DNA from: Octopus sinensis
Lineage: Eukaryota
Direction of reading: 5' to 3'
DNA length: 64,000 nucleotides
Assembly (NCBI RefSeq): GCF_006345805.1
Contig: NC_043025.1
Location: 5,642,001-5,706,000 of the forward strand
Shown: positions 1 through 11,421 of the stretch, piece after piece
Layout of the letters: every line of letters begins with the position of its first letter
Numbering within the stretch: position 1 is the first letter of the stretch
Made by a program: the position numbers and the translations under genes
The notes under the pieces: model-generated
What the model saw: the letters and a program-made list of their open reading frames with translations, nothing else
Told to the model about the DNA's origin: nothing
The model's database searches: none

Positions 1-163
1 ACGTCCGTTCTCCATGCTAGCATGGGTTGGACGGTTCGACCGGGGTTCTGGGAAGCCAGAAGGCTGCACCAGGCTCTAGTCTAATTTGGCCATGTTTCTA
101 CAGCTGGATGCCCTTCCTAACGCCAACCACTCCGTGAGTGTAGTGGGTGCTTTTTACGTGCCA

Positions 164-165
<2 letters not shown>
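1..165 (-). mobile_element. 3' UTR fragment of RTE-type LINE
   Basis: Reverse complement of the 3' end of the LINE at 33317-35500 (ggttggcgttaggaagggcatccag...ccaacccatgctagcatgg). Confidence 0.8.
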
Positions 166-204
<39 letters not shown>

Positions 205-207
205 CAC

Positions 208-403
208 GGAATTCTGTCAGTGAACAGGTCGCGGTCTCAAAGAGACGAAAATATTTTGACAAATTAAATTTGAATGTTGAAGTGAATCTAACAGTTTTTG
301 TGTGTTTCTTAAAAGGCTTATAAACACCTTCCAGGTTGCAATTGTTTTCGTTCTAGCACACGATCTCAGATCAGGTCACTTGCTATGCAAGTACATCTCT
401 GTA
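208..403. mobile_element. Tc1/mariner-type non-autonomous element, one end
   Basis: Ends ...gcaagtacatctctg-TA inside a TA tract. The same sequence occurs inverted at 31641-31883. Confidence 0.55.
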
Positions 404-749
404 AATATATATATATATATATATATATGTATATCGATATACACACACATGTAATTGCATGTGTGCATGTGTATGCCTCTTTGTGCATACCCACAAATAT
501 ACTTGGAGTTAAATTTCTGGGATGTTAAGCACGATAGACTTGGTCATGCGTAGGCAGAAAAAGGGACGGGGGAAGGAGTAAATGCGGAGTGAAGGAGAAA
601 GAGAAAGAGAGACAGAGGGTAATGGTAAGAGGGAGAGTGTGAGAGAGAGTGAGTCAGAGGAAGAAAGAGAGAGATAACGGAAACGGGGGGGGGGAATAAA
701 ATACGAACCAATTAAAGATGTTAAGTGTTTAAGATAAACTTTATATGTT

Positions 750-1488
750 CATACATACATACATACATACATACATACATACATGCACACACACATACAC
801 ACACATACACACATACATACACACATATATACACACATATACACACATGCATGCATACATATATACACACATAGATACATGCACATACACACATATACAC
901 ACACATATATATATATATATACACACACACACATATATATACACATACATACATGCACACACATATGTATATATATATACATATGCATACATACACATAC
1001 ACACACATATACACACACATATATACACACACACACATATATATATACACACATACATACACACACATATATATACACACATACATACACACACACATAT
1101 ACACATATGCATACACACACACACATATATATATATACACGGCGAGCTGGTAGAAACGTTAGCACGCCGGGCGAAATTCGTCTATCGTTACGTTCCGAGT
1201 TCAAATTCCGCCGAGGTCGACTTTGCCTTTCATCCTTTCAGGGTCGATAAATTAAGTACCAGTTACGCTGGGGTCGATATAATCGACTTAATCCCTTTGT
1301 CTGTCCTTGTTTGTCCCCTCTGTGTTTAGCCCCTTGTGGGTAGTAAAGAAATATATATATATATATACACATACATACACACACATATACACACAAATAC
1401 ATACACACGCATACACACACAAATACACACACACACACCCACATATATATATATACACATACATACACACATATACACACAAATACAT

Positions 1489-1523
<35 letters not shown>

Positions 1524-1735
1524 CACACACATATATACACAAATACATACACACACATACACACACAAATACATACACACACATACACACACATATACAC
1601 ACAAATACATACACACACATACACACACAAATACATACACACCCATACACACACATATACACACAAATACATACACACACATACACACACAAATACACAC
1701 ACACACACACACACACATATAGATACACACACACA
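750..1735. repeat. Compound (CA)n/(TA)n/(CATA)n microsatellite interrupted by a SINE
   Basis: Direct inspection. It explains the HT/YI/CV-rich ORFs. Confidence 0.95.
1141..1350 (+). mobile_element. tRNA-derived SINE family C (Meta-domain-like centre)
   Basis: A-box-like ggcgagctggtagaaacgttag, B-box gagttcaaattcc, centre gactttgcctttcatcctttcagggtcgataaattaagtacc. Many copies in the window. Confidence 0.8.
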
Positions 1736-1978
1736 GTGTTGGGTTTATATTCTTATCTATGAGTTTCTCTGCTTTGTTGTCTCTCGGATGTTTTATCTTC
1801 GTCTCTTGTAAATATATTTGATGTCTCTGGAGCCAATGGCAATACAGCTTTGCTGATTGTTTACTAGCTGTGGGAAGTGGGCTTTTTTCTGAGAAAAGAC
1901 CCGTGTAATTGCGCTGGTGGAAAAACGAAAAAGGCGGTAAAAACATATCGTTTTTTTTCTAATTTATATGTATATATA

Positions 1979-2333
1979 GGCGCAGGAGTGGCTGTGTGGT
2001 AAGTAGCTTGCTAACCAACCACATGGTTCCGGGTTCTGTCCCACTGCATGGCATCTTGGGCAAGTGTCTTCTGCTATAGCCCCGGGCCGACCAAAGCCTT
2101 GTGAGTGGATTTGGTAGACGGAAACTGAAAGAAGCCTGTCGTATATATGTATATATATATATATATAAATAGGCACACGAGTGGCGTGTGGTAAGTAGCT
2201 TGCTAACCAACCACATGGTTCTGGGTTCAGTCCCACTGCGTGGCATCTGGGCAAGCGTCTTCTGCTATAGCCCCGGGCCAACCAATGCCTTGTGAGTGGA
2301 TTTGGTAGACGGAAACTGAAAGAAGCCTGTCGT

Positions 2334-2364
<31 letters not shown>

Positions 2365-2366
2365 AT

Positions 2367-2399
<33 letters not shown>

Positions 2400-2600
2400 T
2401 TGTTGTGTCTGTGTTTGTCCCCCTAGCATTGATTGACAACCGATGCTGGTGTGGTTTACGTTCCCGTCACTTAGCGGTTCGGCAAAAGAGACGATAGAAT
2501 AAGTACAGTCCCAGGGTCAATTTGCTCGACTAAAGGTGGTGCTCCAGCATGGCCACAGTCAAATGACTGAAACATGTAAAAGAGTAAAGAGTAAAAAAAG
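1979..2600 (+). mobile_element. tRNA-derived SINE family A: 5' half followed by a full copy
   Basis: Head gcaggagtggctgtgtggtaag...ggttcagtccc, internal (TA/TG)n tract, tail gcatggccacagtcaaatgactgaaac(aagagta)n. More than 12 copies in the window. Confidence 0.9.
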
Positions 2601-2814
2601 TATTATATTTTGTGAAATTTGATTTAGTATTTTTAAATTGAATTTTTTGCTGTAAGTTTGGAATAATATTCCCTAATATTATTATATATACATATATCAT
2701 CATCATCATCGTTTAACATCCGTAGGTTTACGAAAATAAACAAAAGACGAAGGCAGGTGGAGTACAAACAAACAAATGTATTAGTATGGCACTTAGGAAT
2801 AGAAATAGAACAAG

Positions 2815-2852
2815 TCTTTTACGTTTCGAGCCTACGCTCTTCGACAGAAAGA
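2815..2852 (-). ncRNA. Minimal hammerhead ribozyme-like motif (CUGUNGA variant)
   Basis: Minus strand reads TCTTT-CTGTCGA-A-GAGC gtag GCTC-GAAA-CGT-A-AAAGA: 5-bp stem I, 4-bp stem II, palindromic ACGT stem III. Confidence 0.65.
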
Positions 2853-3034
2853 TACACAGAAAAAAAACAAGGAGAGAAACAAGGAAAGAAAAAAAGGAGA
2901 GAAATATATATATATATATATATATAATATATATATAGTTAATACAAACATGAAAACACAAAGAGAAAACACAACAACTGAGGACGTGGAACAAATATAG
3001 TATTATTGGATGCTCAGGAAGGAAGGGAAGAAGG

Positions 3035-3069
3035 GTTTAACATTTCAAGCAGAGCTCTTCGTCAGAAAC
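3035..3069 (-). ncRNA. Minimal hammerhead ribozyme motif
   Basis: Minus strand reads GTTT-CTGACGA-A-GAGC tct GCTT-GAAA-TGT-T-AAAC, with a canonical CUGANGA/GAAA core. Confidence 0.75.
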
Positions 3070-3129
3070 ATAGGAAAAGGAAAGATCCAGAGAAGGGAAG
3101 ACGGAGGAAAAAAATCACCAACGGTACAC

Positions 3130-3368
3130 ACACGGTATATATATATATATATATGTATGTGTCTATATTTGTGTGTCTGTATCTGTCCCCCCACTATCGC
3201 TTTATAACTGATGCTGATGTGTTTACGTACCCTTAACTTAGTGGTTTGGCAAAAGAGACCAGTAGAATAAGTACTGGGCTCACAAAGAATGCTCGACTAA
3301 AAGGTGGTGCTCCAGCATGGCCACAATCAAATGACTGAAACAAGTAAAAGAGTCAAAAGAGAGTAAGA
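3130..3368 (+). mobile_element. SINE family A, 3' half
   Basis: Matches the family A tail (ggtgctccagcatggccacaatcaaatgactgaaacaag). Confidence 0.8.
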
Positions 3369-3487
3369 GTCATATAATAAAAATTATTTACTTACAAAAG
3401 AAACGTGGGGAAAAAAATGCTGAAGTTTTCAACACTTTTTGAGGCTTCGTTGGTTCAACGAAACCATTGGCATCTCAAAATGTAAAT

Positions 3488-3627
3488 ATGGTACTCTGTG
3501 GTACTCCGTGGTACCCTGTGGTACTTTGTGGTACTCTGTGGTACCCTATGGTACTTCGTGGTACTCTGTGGTACTTCGTGGTACCCCGTGGTACCCCGTG
3601 GTACTCTGTGGTACTTTGTGGTACTCT
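3488..3627. repeat. 10-bp minisatellite (GTGGTACYYY)n, ~14 units
   Basis: Direct inspection. Confidence 0.9.
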
Positions 3628-3805
3628 TTTCCCTCAATGGTGTTGACGCCGTTACCACAAACTGATTTTCTTAAACCATTAATCCAGTCCTGGTTGTGTA
3701 GGGTTTTTGATCATAACACAGCTGGTCATTCGAGGCTGACCCGGGGCTAAATAACAGCAAGCACCACTGCAACAACAACTTCAATAACGCTGTCTTAATT
3801 CTCAG

Positions 3806-3893
3806 CAATTCCTGTGTGGCTTCTTACCTTACGTCCGAATCTCACAATTCCAGTGAAAGACAAATAAGAAGACAGTTTATTAATGACTTGCAG
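3806..3893 (+). CDS. Candidate internal exon of an unidentified gene (NSCVASYLTSESHNSSERQIRRQFINDLQ)
   Basis: Unique sequence bounded by ttctcAG and cag|GTgtgc. One open frame, phase-compatible with 6614-6693. No homology recognised. Confidence 0.3.
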
Positions 3894-3917
3894 GTGTGCA
3901 GTCTTTCATTATGCAAC

Positions 3918-4143
3918 CATAATGGTGTAGTGGTTAAGAGTGCAGGCTATTAACCCCAAGATTCCAAGTTCAATTCCAGGCAGTGACCTGAATAATAATA
4001 ATAACAGCATTCCCCAAGACACCTGAAGAAGGCTAGAGAGTATGAAAGCCGAAATGTTGTGTTAACAACAAACAAGATGTGGAGAAATATCCGTCAAATG
4101 TAAACAATGTGCATAATTCCTCATCTCTTAAATATAGAACTGT
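3918..4143 (+). mobile_element. tRNA-headed SINE family D with a hammerhead-containing 3' part
   Basis: A-box tggtgtagtgg, B-box agttcaattcc, (aat)n linker, then an HHR. The same head occurs at 24488-24590. Confidence 0.65.
4019..4062 (+). ncRNA. Minimal hammerhead ribozyme motif
   Basis: ACAC-CTGAAGA-A-GGCT(12-nt loop)AGCC-GAAA-TGT-T-GTGT. Confidence 0.8.
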
Positions 4144-4743
4144 AATAACTGGCTTTGTGACAAAATTTGAAATCATTATAGGCATAGGAGTGGCTGTGTG
4201 GTAAGTAACTTGCTTACCAACCACATGGTTCCAGGTTCAGTCCCACTGTGTGGCACCTTGGGCAAGTATCTTCTACTATAGCCTCGGGCCGACCAAAGCC
4301 TCATGAGTGGATTTGGTAGACGGAAACTGAAAGAAGCCTGTCGTATATATGTATATATATATATATTTAGGTTATAAAATGAGATAGGGGTTGAAAATTC
4401 AAACCCACCATGGGATATATATATCCAATACTGCTAGATAGGTACCAACAAAATTATACATAGATGTTAAAAATTGTCAAGCAATCAGTTCATCTATTGT
4501 ATTAAATGGGTAAAGGTAATAATATTACCGTAAATTAATACTACAAAATTAGAGAATGGAGAAACATACTTAAATCAGTAAAACATCAACTATCCGATGA
4601 TACTCAATCCATACTTTAATACACCATTACATATGAGTAAAGGCAATATATAAAATGAAATGAGATATACAGTAATAGTAAAAGTAAAAAGATAAAGAGA
4701 TATAAGTAAAAAATTTCAAATATAATATGCAAATAAATCAAAA

Positions 4744-4852
4744 CTGACAGCTGTTTCGGCAGTGAGGACAGTCATACCTCATTTAACCTATAAGCCATAA
4801 AGGCAGGTATAAATGAGGCATTAACAAGGATGCCCCACGGCCTCTTCAGAGA
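4744..4852 (-). ncRNA. Hammerhead-like motif with extended helix II (left arm)
   Basis: Minus strand reads CT-CTGAAGA-GGC[~80-nt hairpin]GCC-GAAA-CAGCTG-TC-AG. Confidence 0.6.
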
Positions 4853-5197
4853 ATTAAATTAAATTTGTTATAATAGTGAAAAATATTATATAATCATATA
4901 CATATAAATATAAAAATATAAAAATGTAAAATATAAAAACTTATACAATCATAAGCTACACTTATATAATATAATACACATTTGTACAAAAAAGGAAGGT
5001 AAACAAACAAAATAAAACAAAATATATAATATGTGTATATTAATATCAATAAGTCCGATATTATACATATTTGGCTAATAGTTTTTTTTATATATATAAA
5101 AAAAAAAGGCTAACATATATGGAGATGAAAAATAATAATTAAATCCGTGGTACAGTTCATAAGATTCTAAAGCTATAAAAGTAATAAAAATTACTAT

Positions 5198-5229
<32 letters not shown>

Positions 5230-5676
5230 TATTTCGATCTTGTAAGGATGGACTTGGTGCTAACTTAACTGTATCTATTTTTTATTATATATTTTATTAT
5301 TATATTATATTATTATTATTATTATTATTAATAGTAATTTTTATTAACTTTTTTAGCTTTAGAATCTTATGAACTGTACCACGGATTTAATTATTATTTT
5401 TCATCTCCATATATGTTAGCCTTTTTTTTTTATATATATAAAAAAAACTATTAGCCAAATATGTATAATATCGGTCTTATTGATATTAATATATACACTA
5501 TTATATATTTTGTTTTATTTTGTTCTGTTTACCTTCCTTTTTGTACAAATGTGTATTATATTATATAAGTGTAGCTTTATGATGTATAAGTTTTTATATT
5601 TTACATTTTTATTTTTATATTTATATGTATATGATTATATAATATTTTTCACTATTATAACAAATTTAATTTAATT

Positions 5677-5784
5677 CTCTGAAGAGGCCGTGGGGCATCC
5701 TTGTGTTAATGCCTCATTATACCTGCCTTTATGGCTTATAGGTTAAATGAGGTATGACTGTCCTCACTGCGAAACAGCTGTCAG
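5677..5784 (+). ncRNA. Hammerhead-like motif with extended helix II (right arm)
   Basis: CTGAAGA at 5679 and GAAACAGCTGTC at 5771. One C of stem II is missing relative to the left arm. Confidence 0.55.
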
Positions 5785-5981
5785 TTTTGATTTATTTGCA
5801 TATTATATTTGAAAATTTTTTACTTATATCTCTTTATCTTTTTACTATTACTGTATATCTCATTTCATTTTATATATTGCCTTTACTCATATGTAATGGT
5901 GTATTAAAGTATGGATTGAGTATCATCGGATAGTTGATGTTTTACTGATTTAAGTATATTTCTCCATTCTCTAATTTTGTA

Positions 5982-6018
<37 letters not shown>

Positions 6019-6613
6019 TGTGTGTGTATATGTATATATATGTATGTGTGTGTGTCTATGTTTGTCCCCCCAGCATCGCTTGACAACCGATGCTGGTGTG
6101 TTTACATCCCTGTAACTTAGCTGTTCGGCAAAAGAGACCGATAGCATAAGTACTAGGCTTAGAAAGAATAAGTCCTGGGGGTCGATTTGCTCGACTAAAG
6201 GCGGTCCTCAAGCATGGCCGCAGTCAAATGACTGAAACAAGTAAAAGAGTAAAGAGAGAGAATAAAGAGTAAAGAGTGATCAACACTGCGTTCTACTGTG
6301 TTAGCAGTGCAGTTTATATTACATATTCAGTTTATCTCGACAGATATTCGATATGAAACGTAACAAAACTTCACTGCTGGTTATAATTTCTATAGAATAT
6401 ATGTAGAAATAATCCTAGCGAATAATTTAGTCTAGTCATGGAAGAAATACATAAATTAATAAAATTTAATATGAGGAAAAATATGATAACAGGGAAAATA
6501 TTCTTCCTACCCATCGAATCGGCAGAATTTGCTTGGTTTTCGTGTTTTTATCTTTTTATTATTTTTGTTAAGTAATTTGTTGATAAAATGTTTCTCTTGC
6601 TTGGTTTCCCTAG

Positions 6614-6693
6614 TGTCTGAGATATATCAATGGATATACCCCCGTGTGTAACAAAGCGGTTGCAGATATAGTTGCAGACAGTTGGTCAGCTAG
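6614..6693 (+). CDS. Candidate internal exon (CLRYINGYTPVCNKAVADIVADSWSA)
   Basis: Good polypyrimidine acceptor tttctcttgcttggtttccctAG, donor ag|GTaatg, single open frame, unique sequence. No homology recognised. Confidence 0.35.
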
Positions 6694-7019
6694 GTAATGA
6701 AGCGGATCAATAAAGTGATTGTCACTATGATGAAGGATGTGGGTGTGTGGGTGGGTGTGAGTGTGTGGGTGTGTTAGTGCATGTGAGTGTATGTGTGGGT
6801 GTGAGTGTGTGTGTGTGGGTGTGAGTGTGTGTGGTGTGTGTAAGTGTCTGTGTGTTAGTGTGTGTGAGGGTGTGTGCATGGGTGTGTGTGTGAGTGTGTA
6901 TGAGTGTGTTTGTGAGTGTGTATAAGTCTGTGTGTGGCACTTATCAAACTACACACACACACACACACACATGTATGCTTGTATCAGTACACATTAATAT
7001 ACAACATCTATGCATATGT

Positions 7020-7932
7020 ACATCCATCCATCCATCCTTCCTTCCTTCCTTCTATCCTTCTTTCCTTCCATCCTTCTATCCTTCCTTCCTTCCTTCCTTC
7101 TATCCTTCCTTCTATCCTTCCTTCCTTCCTTCCTTCTTTCCTTCCTTCCTTTTATCCTTCCTTCCTTCTTTCCTTCCTTCCTTCCTTCTATCCTTCCTTC
7201 TATCCTTCCTTCCTTCCTTCCATCTATCCTTCCTTCTATCCTTCCTTCCTTCCTTCTATCTTTCCTTCCTTCCTTCTATCCTTCCTTCTATCCTTCTTTC
7301 CTTCCATCCTTCTATCCTTCCTTCCTTCCTTCTATCCTTCCTTCCTTCATTCTATCCTTCCTTCCTTCCTTCCTTCTTTCCTTCCTTCCTTCTATCCTTC
7401 TTTCCTTCTTTCCTTCCTTCCTTCCTTCTATCCTTCCTTCCTTCATCCTTCTTTCCTTCTTTCCTTCCTTCCTTCCTTCCTTCTATCCTTCCTTCCTTCT
7501 ATCCTTCTTTCCTTCCATCCTTTCTTCCTTTCTTCCTTCTATCCTTCCTTCTATCCTTCCTTCCATCCTTCCTTCCATCCTTCTATCCTTCCTTCTATCC
7601 TTCCTTACTTCCTTCTATCCTTCCTTCCTTCCTTCTATCCTTCCTTCCTTCCTTCCTTCCTTCCTTCCTTCCTTCCTTCTATCCTTCCTTCTATCCTTCC
7701 TTCCATCCTTCCTTCCTTCTATCCTTCCTTCCTTCCTTCTATCCTTCCTTCCTTCTATCCTTCCTTCCATCCTTCCTTCCTTCTGTCCTTCCTTCCTTCC
7801 TTCCTTCCTTCCTTCTATCCATCCATCCTTCCTTCCTTCCTTCCTTCCATCCTTCCTTCCATCCTTCTATCCTTCCTTCTATCCTTCCTTCCTTCCTTCT
7901 ATCCTTCCTTCCATCCTTCCTTCCTTCCTTCC
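7020..7932. repeat. (TTCC)n/(TTCTATCC)n polypyrimidine microsatellite
   Basis: Direct inspection. Source of the PSFL-repeat ORFs. Confidence 0.97.
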
Positions 7933-8034
7933 ATACATACATACAAACACAATCATTTGCAGCAATTGTCCTGTGTGCACTGACCTGTGAGCCGACAGTT
8001 TAACACTCTACTATGGCACTCTGTCAGTTACAAC

Positions 8035-8612
8035 AACAAGTGCTGCAGCTGGTCCGTTCAACGAAACAGCCTGCTCGTGAAATTAACGTACAAGTGGCTG
8101 AGTACTCCACAGACACGTGTGCCCTTAACATAGTTCTCGGGGAGATTCAGACTGACACAGAGTGTGACAAGGCTGGCCCCTTTGAAATACAGGTACAACA
8201 GAAACAGGAGGAAAGGGTGAGAGAAAGTTGGTGGCGAAAGAGTACAGCAGGGTTCACTACCATCCCTGCTGGAGCCTCGTGGACTTTAGGTGTTTTTTTG
8301 CTAAAAACACTCACAAACACCCGGTCTGGGAATCGAAAACCGCAAACTATGCATTTCTAGACCCGAGTCGCTGCTCTCACCACACTGGGCATTGCGCCTC
8401 CACATATATATATAGGCTGGCCCCTAGAAATACAAGTAAGAGTGAGAGAAAGTTGTGGCGAAAGAGTACAGCAGGGTTCACTACCATCCCCTGCTGGAGC
8501 CTCATGGAGCTTTAGGTGTTTTTGCTCAATAAACACTCAACGCCTGGTCTGGGAATCGAAACCGCAATCCTATGACTGCGAGTCCGCTGCCCTAACCACT
8601 GGGCCATTGCAC
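8035..8612 (-). mobile_element. tRNA-derived SINE family B with a duplicated 5' half
   Basis: Minus-strand head gcaatggcccagtggttagggcagcggactcgc...ggtttcgattcccagacc, present twice. The body is shared with 19870-20236. Confidence 0.85.
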
Positions 8613-9039
8613 TTTCACAGTTTAACATTAATCATGAATATCAGTTTTACATAAAAGCCTGTAAACGCTGGGATTTTTCCAATAAATAACAAAGGAAGGT
8701 GACTCATTTCCAAACCAGATCAAACCGGTTAGTGATATCTTATCTGTTACTTATTTCTTTGTTTCAGTCATTATACTGTGGCCAAGCTGGGGCCACTGCC
8801 TTGAAGGTTTTTTTTAGTGGAATGAGTCAATTCTAGTACATTTAAAAGATTTTTTACTGCTTTTTTCTAAGCAAAAAAAAAACAAAAAAACAAAATACTT
8901 ATTCTATTGGTCACTTTTAATGAACTGCTAAGTTACGGGGTGGGGGTGGTGTAAACACACCAACACCAGTTCTCGAGCGGTAGGGAAGGACAAACAGACA
9001 CATGAGACACACACATTATATTGTGAATATATACATATA

Positions 9040-9159
<120 letters not shown>

Positions 9160-9266
9160 GATTATAACATATATAATACATATATACATACATAATAATA
9201 TATATATATATACATATATACATACATATATTATATATATATATAATATATCATATATAATATATT

Positions 9267-9403
9267 GGTGCAGATGTGGCTGTGTGGTAAGTAGCTTGCT
9301 TACCAACCACATTGTTCCGGGTTCAGTCCCACTGCGTAGCACCTTGGCCGAGTGTCTTCTACTATAGCCACAGGCTGACGAAAGCTTCGTGAGTGGATTT
9401 GGT
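9267..9403 (+). mobile_element. SINE family A, 5' half
   Basis: Matches the family A head. Confidence 0.8.
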
Positions 9404-9719
9404 ATGTGTGTTTGTGTGTGTTTCTTTGTGTGTGTGTGTGCATGTGTATGTTTGTGCGTGCATATGTGCATGCACATGTGTGCGTGAGTGTGTGGATGTG
9501 TGAGTGTGTTTGTGTGTGCATGTGCATGTGTGTATATGCATGTGTGCATGTGCATGCATGTGTGTGCATTTACATGTGTGTGTGTGAGTGTGTGTGTCTT
9601 TGTGTGCGTGTGCATGCATGTGTGTGTGTGCATGAGTGTGTGTGCATGTGTGAGTGTGTTCTTTGAGTGCATGTGTGCCTTTGTGAGTGCATGTGTGTGT
9701 GTGTGTGTGTTTGTCCATT

Positions 9720-9985
9720 GGAAGGCACATGGCTTAGTGGTTAGGGCACACATCGTGAGTTTGATCTCCAGCAGTGGGGTTCCGTCCTTGACCCTTTTTT
9801 TCTCCAGTCTACTCAGCTGGCAACCTTATCACCTTTTATGTCACACTGAATCTCCCAGAGAGCCACCTTAAGGGTACACGTATCTGTGGAATACTCAACC
9901 ACATGCACGTTAATTTCATGAACAGGCTGTTCCATTGATCGGATCAACTGGAACCGTTGTCGTCATAACTGACAGAATGCTAGTT
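9720..9985 (+). mobile_element. Diverged SINE related to family B
   Basis: tggcttagtggttagggc head and a body with aagggtacacg...gatcggatcaactggaacc shared with family B. Confidence 0.6.
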
Positions 9986-10109
9986 TATCCCCCAACCGGT
10001 GTTGGTGTGTTTACATCCCTATAACTTAGCAGTTTGGCAAAAGAGACCAACAGAATAAATACCAGGTTTAAAACGAATAACAAGTGTCTGGGAGGGTGCG
10101 GGGGTCGAT

Positions 10110-10650
10110 AGAGGGCTATGTGCAGACCCTTCTGAAGTTCCATGTGTTATGCATACAAAATTTCCTGCAACTGTCATGGTTTTAGGGGTTGTCAGCAATG
10201 AAGGACATGTGATGCCTCCTTACTTCTTTCCACAATGCCTTAGAGTTAACTCTGCTGTCTACACTGAAGGTCCTGGAAATAAATTTTTAAGCCCTGGAAA
10301 GATAGTGTATGCAATGGAAGGCCATTTGTGTTTCAGTAAGACTCTGCACTATCACACATGGCTCTAGTAACACAGGAATGGATGGCTGAACATTTTCATG
10401 ATCACATAACCCCTAACATTTGGCCTCCTTATTCCCCAGATCTCAATCCATTGGACTATTACATGTGGAGCGTTGTTGAGAGAGAGGTCAATGAACACAC
10501 CCATAACACCAAATATTCTTTGAAAGCTGCCATAGTCAGCGTAATGTCCAAAACGAACCAGGACCACTTGATTCGAGCATGTAGATGATTTAGATCTCAT
10601 ATAGAAGCAGTTGTTGAAGCTGAAGGTGGCTTTATTGAAAAACATTATAG
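10110..10650 (+). pseudogene. DD37D (maT-type) Tc1/mariner transposase, C-terminal fragment
   Basis: VMVLGVVSNEG...; DSALSH...WPPYSPDLNPLDY with 37 residues between the last two Asp; ends GGFIE. Contains frameshifts and stops. Confidence 0.85.
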
Positions 10651-10749
10651 AAAAGAAGGTTTTGTTTTTATCCTCAAAGCATTTTTGATAAATAAAGTTA
10701 TTATAATCTGTTATTATGTATAATATTTGTTTTATAATATATATATATA

Positions 10750-10942
10750 CTCTTTTACTTGTTTCAGTCATTTGACTGCAGCCATGCTGGAGCACCGCCT
10801 TTAGGCGAGCGAATTGACCCCAGGACTTATTCTTTGTAAGCCCAGTACTTATTCTATTAGTCTCTTTTGCCGAACCGCTAAGTGTCAGGGACAAAAACAC
10901 ACCAGCATCGGTTGTCAAGCAATGCTAGGGGGACAAACACAT

Positions 10943-11003
<61 letters not shown>

Positions 11004-11175
11004 ATATATCATATACGACGGGCTTCTTTCAGTTTCGTCTATCAAATCCACTCAAAAAGCATTGGTCGGCTCGGGGCTATAGCAGTAGACACATGCCCAA
11101 ATTCCACGCAGTGGACTGAACCCGGAACCATGTGGTTGGTAAGCAAGCTACTTACCACACAGCCACTCCTGCGCC
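10750..11175 (-). mobile_element. SINE family A, full copy
   Basis: Reverse complement of the family A sequence. Confidence 0.9.
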
Positions 11176-11188
11176 CCCTAAAACAAAT

Positions 11189-11275
11189 CGCTGCGGGCAG
11201 GATTTGAACCTGCGCGGTTATAGCCCATTGGATTTCAAGTCCAACGCCTAACCACAACCACAAGGCCACCACAGC
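11189..11275 (-). tRNA. tRNA-Ser(UGA), probably a pseudogene (D-loop altered)
   Basis: Acceptor GCTGTGG/CCGCAGC with G discriminator, anticodon arm TTGGA-CT TGA AA-TCCAA, long variable arm, T arm GCAGG-TTCAAAT-CCTGC, downstream TTTT. The D loop has a duplicated GTGGTT. Confidence 0.85.
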
Positions 11276-11277
11276 AG

Positions 11278-11315
<38 letters not shown>

Positions 11316-11344
11316 GATATATATATATAATACATACATACATC

Positions 11345-11421
<77 letters not shown>

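Larger units (their letters stand above)
4538..5985. repeat. Long inverted repeat (~700-bp arms), Penelope-like pLTR fold-back
   Basis: 4538-~5230 is the near-perfect reverse complement of ~5300-5985. Each arm carries an HHR motif. Confidence 0.9.
4180..6278 (+). mobile_element. SINE family A split by a ~1.6-kb insertion in its internal TA tract
   Basis: 5' half at 4180-4345 and 3' half at ~6000-6278. Confidence 0.85.

Noticed and set aside
721-1946. Many HT/YI/CV-rich ORFs
   Set aside because: They are translations of CA/TA microsatellites, open in several frames on both strands.
1979-2050. SINE heads as true tRNA genes
   Set aside because: They have A/B boxes but no complete cloverleaf, and they continue into SINE bodies.
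6894-8003. 326-369-aa PSFL-repeat ORFs
   Set aside because: They come from the (TTCC)n tract, which lacks stops in all three frames.
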